DNA from: Blasia pusilla
Taxonomy: Eukaryota
DNA length: 64,000 nucleotides
Direction of reading: 5' to 3'
Assembly: GCA_050084515.1 (NCBI GenBank)
Contig: CM114271.1
Span: 12,896,001 to 12,960,000, forward strand
Shown: one piece after another, positions 62,062 to 64,000 of the stretch
Layout: the number at the start of each line of letters is the position of its first letter
How positions within the stretch are numbered: the first letter of the stretch is position 1
Position numbers and translations under genes: made by a program
Notes under the pieces: model-generated
Seen by the model: only the letters and a program-made list of their open reading frames with translations
Database searches by the model: none
What the model was told of the DNA's origin: nothing

Positions 62062-63600
62062 TTAGCAAAAGTTTGTTGCTATGCACATAAATGAACTTCT
62101 AACCTTTGTACACGTATGTTTGTCGTTAACTTCATCATATTTACATTGAGACCGTAGAGATGACCTCTTTATAATGGTTTGGATGATTTGTGGATGATCC
62201 CCATGACAAACAATAAGCAATATTTGACGAATTCGAAAGTCACCACCAAATATCATGAGTTTTCTACCAAATGATACTTGTCGTAATCCAAGAGAGATCA
62301 ACATCATATTATCTTGTAAAATACAATTCATTGCCTCAATTGCGTAGGGATGACTCCTTATCCCACACAAGGTTGCAGATGGATAAACTTTGTGTTTGTG
62401 TGTAAGGATGCATTGCATCCTTACATCTTGATATAATTTAACCCTAAACTCCTTTTGATTTAGCTGCATCCGTGATAATCGTTCTATCTCTAGATCTATA
62501 GTGGTATAGAGGTCAACCACATACTTTTGAGTAAGTCGACCAGACCAAACCCTAATAGATGATTTTTATCTTTGACACTAACCCGCATTTAGAGTCGAAA
62601 ACATGCAAATTGCAAGGCCGTCACACTCTTTCTCCTTGTCTCTTGAATAATATCACTGTCAACTTTGTCCTTGATCATCCATGCAATCATCCAAAATTTC
62701 ATCATGTCTCTTTCCTGACTACGTAGTGATACAATGTTTACGGTGCTCCGGAGACTTCTGAAAGGTATTCCAAGATGCTACATGCTTCACTACACACAAA
62801 TAACAAAACAAAGTGTAATGGAATGTATGCTTCATTTAGGTCAAAAATATGACTTACTCCTCCTCCATGAAGTTGTACAACTATATCACGATGGTGAACT
62901 TGTTCACTTCCATCATCTGATAAAATAACCGCTACCTTGGAAGCCATTCGAAAGTTATAATGCTTTGCATCAAGACCTCTCTTAATGGCCTTTAGGATCA
63001 TCCGCATACTTAGGTCACTTGCTTTGTATGCCATCGAGGAGAACATTTGCACATATGGATTATATTGGTGTAACATATCTTGAAGCCTTTTCAAGATCTC
63101 TAAATTAAGATTAGAAGATCTTGACATAACTCTTTTACGATTTTGTAATTCATTTATTGTATCATGATTGTAGAGTTGAGCAAATTGGGGCTCATCCCCA
63201 AGATCTAGATAGAAGGGACCAATAGAATGATATATCCTACTTGAATCCTAAAGTGCATAGTGCCACAAACTTGCTCATTCATATGCACTCCACAGGATGC
63301 TATTAATTGAAGTGTAGAATTGTAAGCTCGAGCATGAGTAAGAAAAGGAAGGCTTCTAGGACCAATACCATCAATCAATGATTTCAAGAAAGAAAGGGAC
63401 GATTTCAAGAGGGGAAGATTGATGCTTCTATGCCCACAACACATACCATATGGTGAGTCACAAAACTTTGTACCTCGCACTATTTCACATTTCCAATATA
63501 AAGCTCTACATGATGGGCATATTTCTATCATACAACCCAATGTAAGACGATCACTGCTAATATCACTTTCTTGGAAGTTTGGTCTCCTTGCAAGATTGAG
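62062..63600 (-). pseudogene. Helitron Rep/helicase remnant with deletions
   Basis: CPSCRALYWKCE...MCCGHRSINLP...ARAYNS; LQDMLHQYNPYVQMF; RDIVVQ...YIPLHFVLLF; NQKEFRVKLY; PIF1-like FGRKLMIFGGDFR. Confidence 0.85.
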
Positions 63601-64000
63601 TAATGTATTAACTTTTTCAACTCTATGAATATTTGGAGAAGGACATTTTGTTGAAGTATTTGGAATTTTTGAACTTTGTACTGGTAACACAACTCCATGA
63701 TCTATAGAAGGCATAGGATGTACTATTGAGGTTACTTCATCCTCAAGATTATAAAAAGTGGAAGTATTCTCTCCGAATTCAAGGGCAAGTACAACCACTT
63801 CATCTTGAGGGGGGGGTAGTTATTGTATCAGGTAACTCAACTCTTGGTGTTACATAAATAGTTGGTTTAGTCATAGAAGCAATCTCGAAACATCCATGAA
63901 GTGAAATGTCGGGTTATTAAACTCTTGGCGATACATAAGTAAAAACTTGTTGCACCTAAAGTATAGAATCAACTTGAATAAATTCATCTTCTCCAACTCC

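Overview
Eukaryotic, land-plant-type nuclear DNA (bryophyte-like by inference from the expansin and the TE types). It is dominated by nested transposons around one intact host gene, an alpha-expansin at 54686-55714. The main result is a ~9.6 kb Ty3/gypsy-type retrotransposon (36982-46619, TG...CA ends, AGGG flanks). Its polyprotein reads gag-protease-C5 cytosine DNA methyltransferase (DNMT3-like, motifs I/II/IV/VI/VIII/IX/X)-RT-RNaseH-integrase-PHD finger, and its terminal repeats are arranged atypically as A-internal-B-A-B. A second, more diverged relative (~4.9-7.7 kb) has the start of the same methyltransferase in the same position. Also present: (1) a 13.8 kb Mutator-like element (TIRs, 8-bp TSD) with a SWIM/DDE transposase, a convergent cargo gene containing a C2H2 finger, and a nested truncated gypsy element; (2) a decayed intronless kinase-like plus RING gene pair next to a 180-bp tandem array; (3) a 4 kb hAT element with an intact transposase ORF and 8-bp TSD; (4) Helitron remnants. 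All calls come from reading motifs by eye; no database searches were run.
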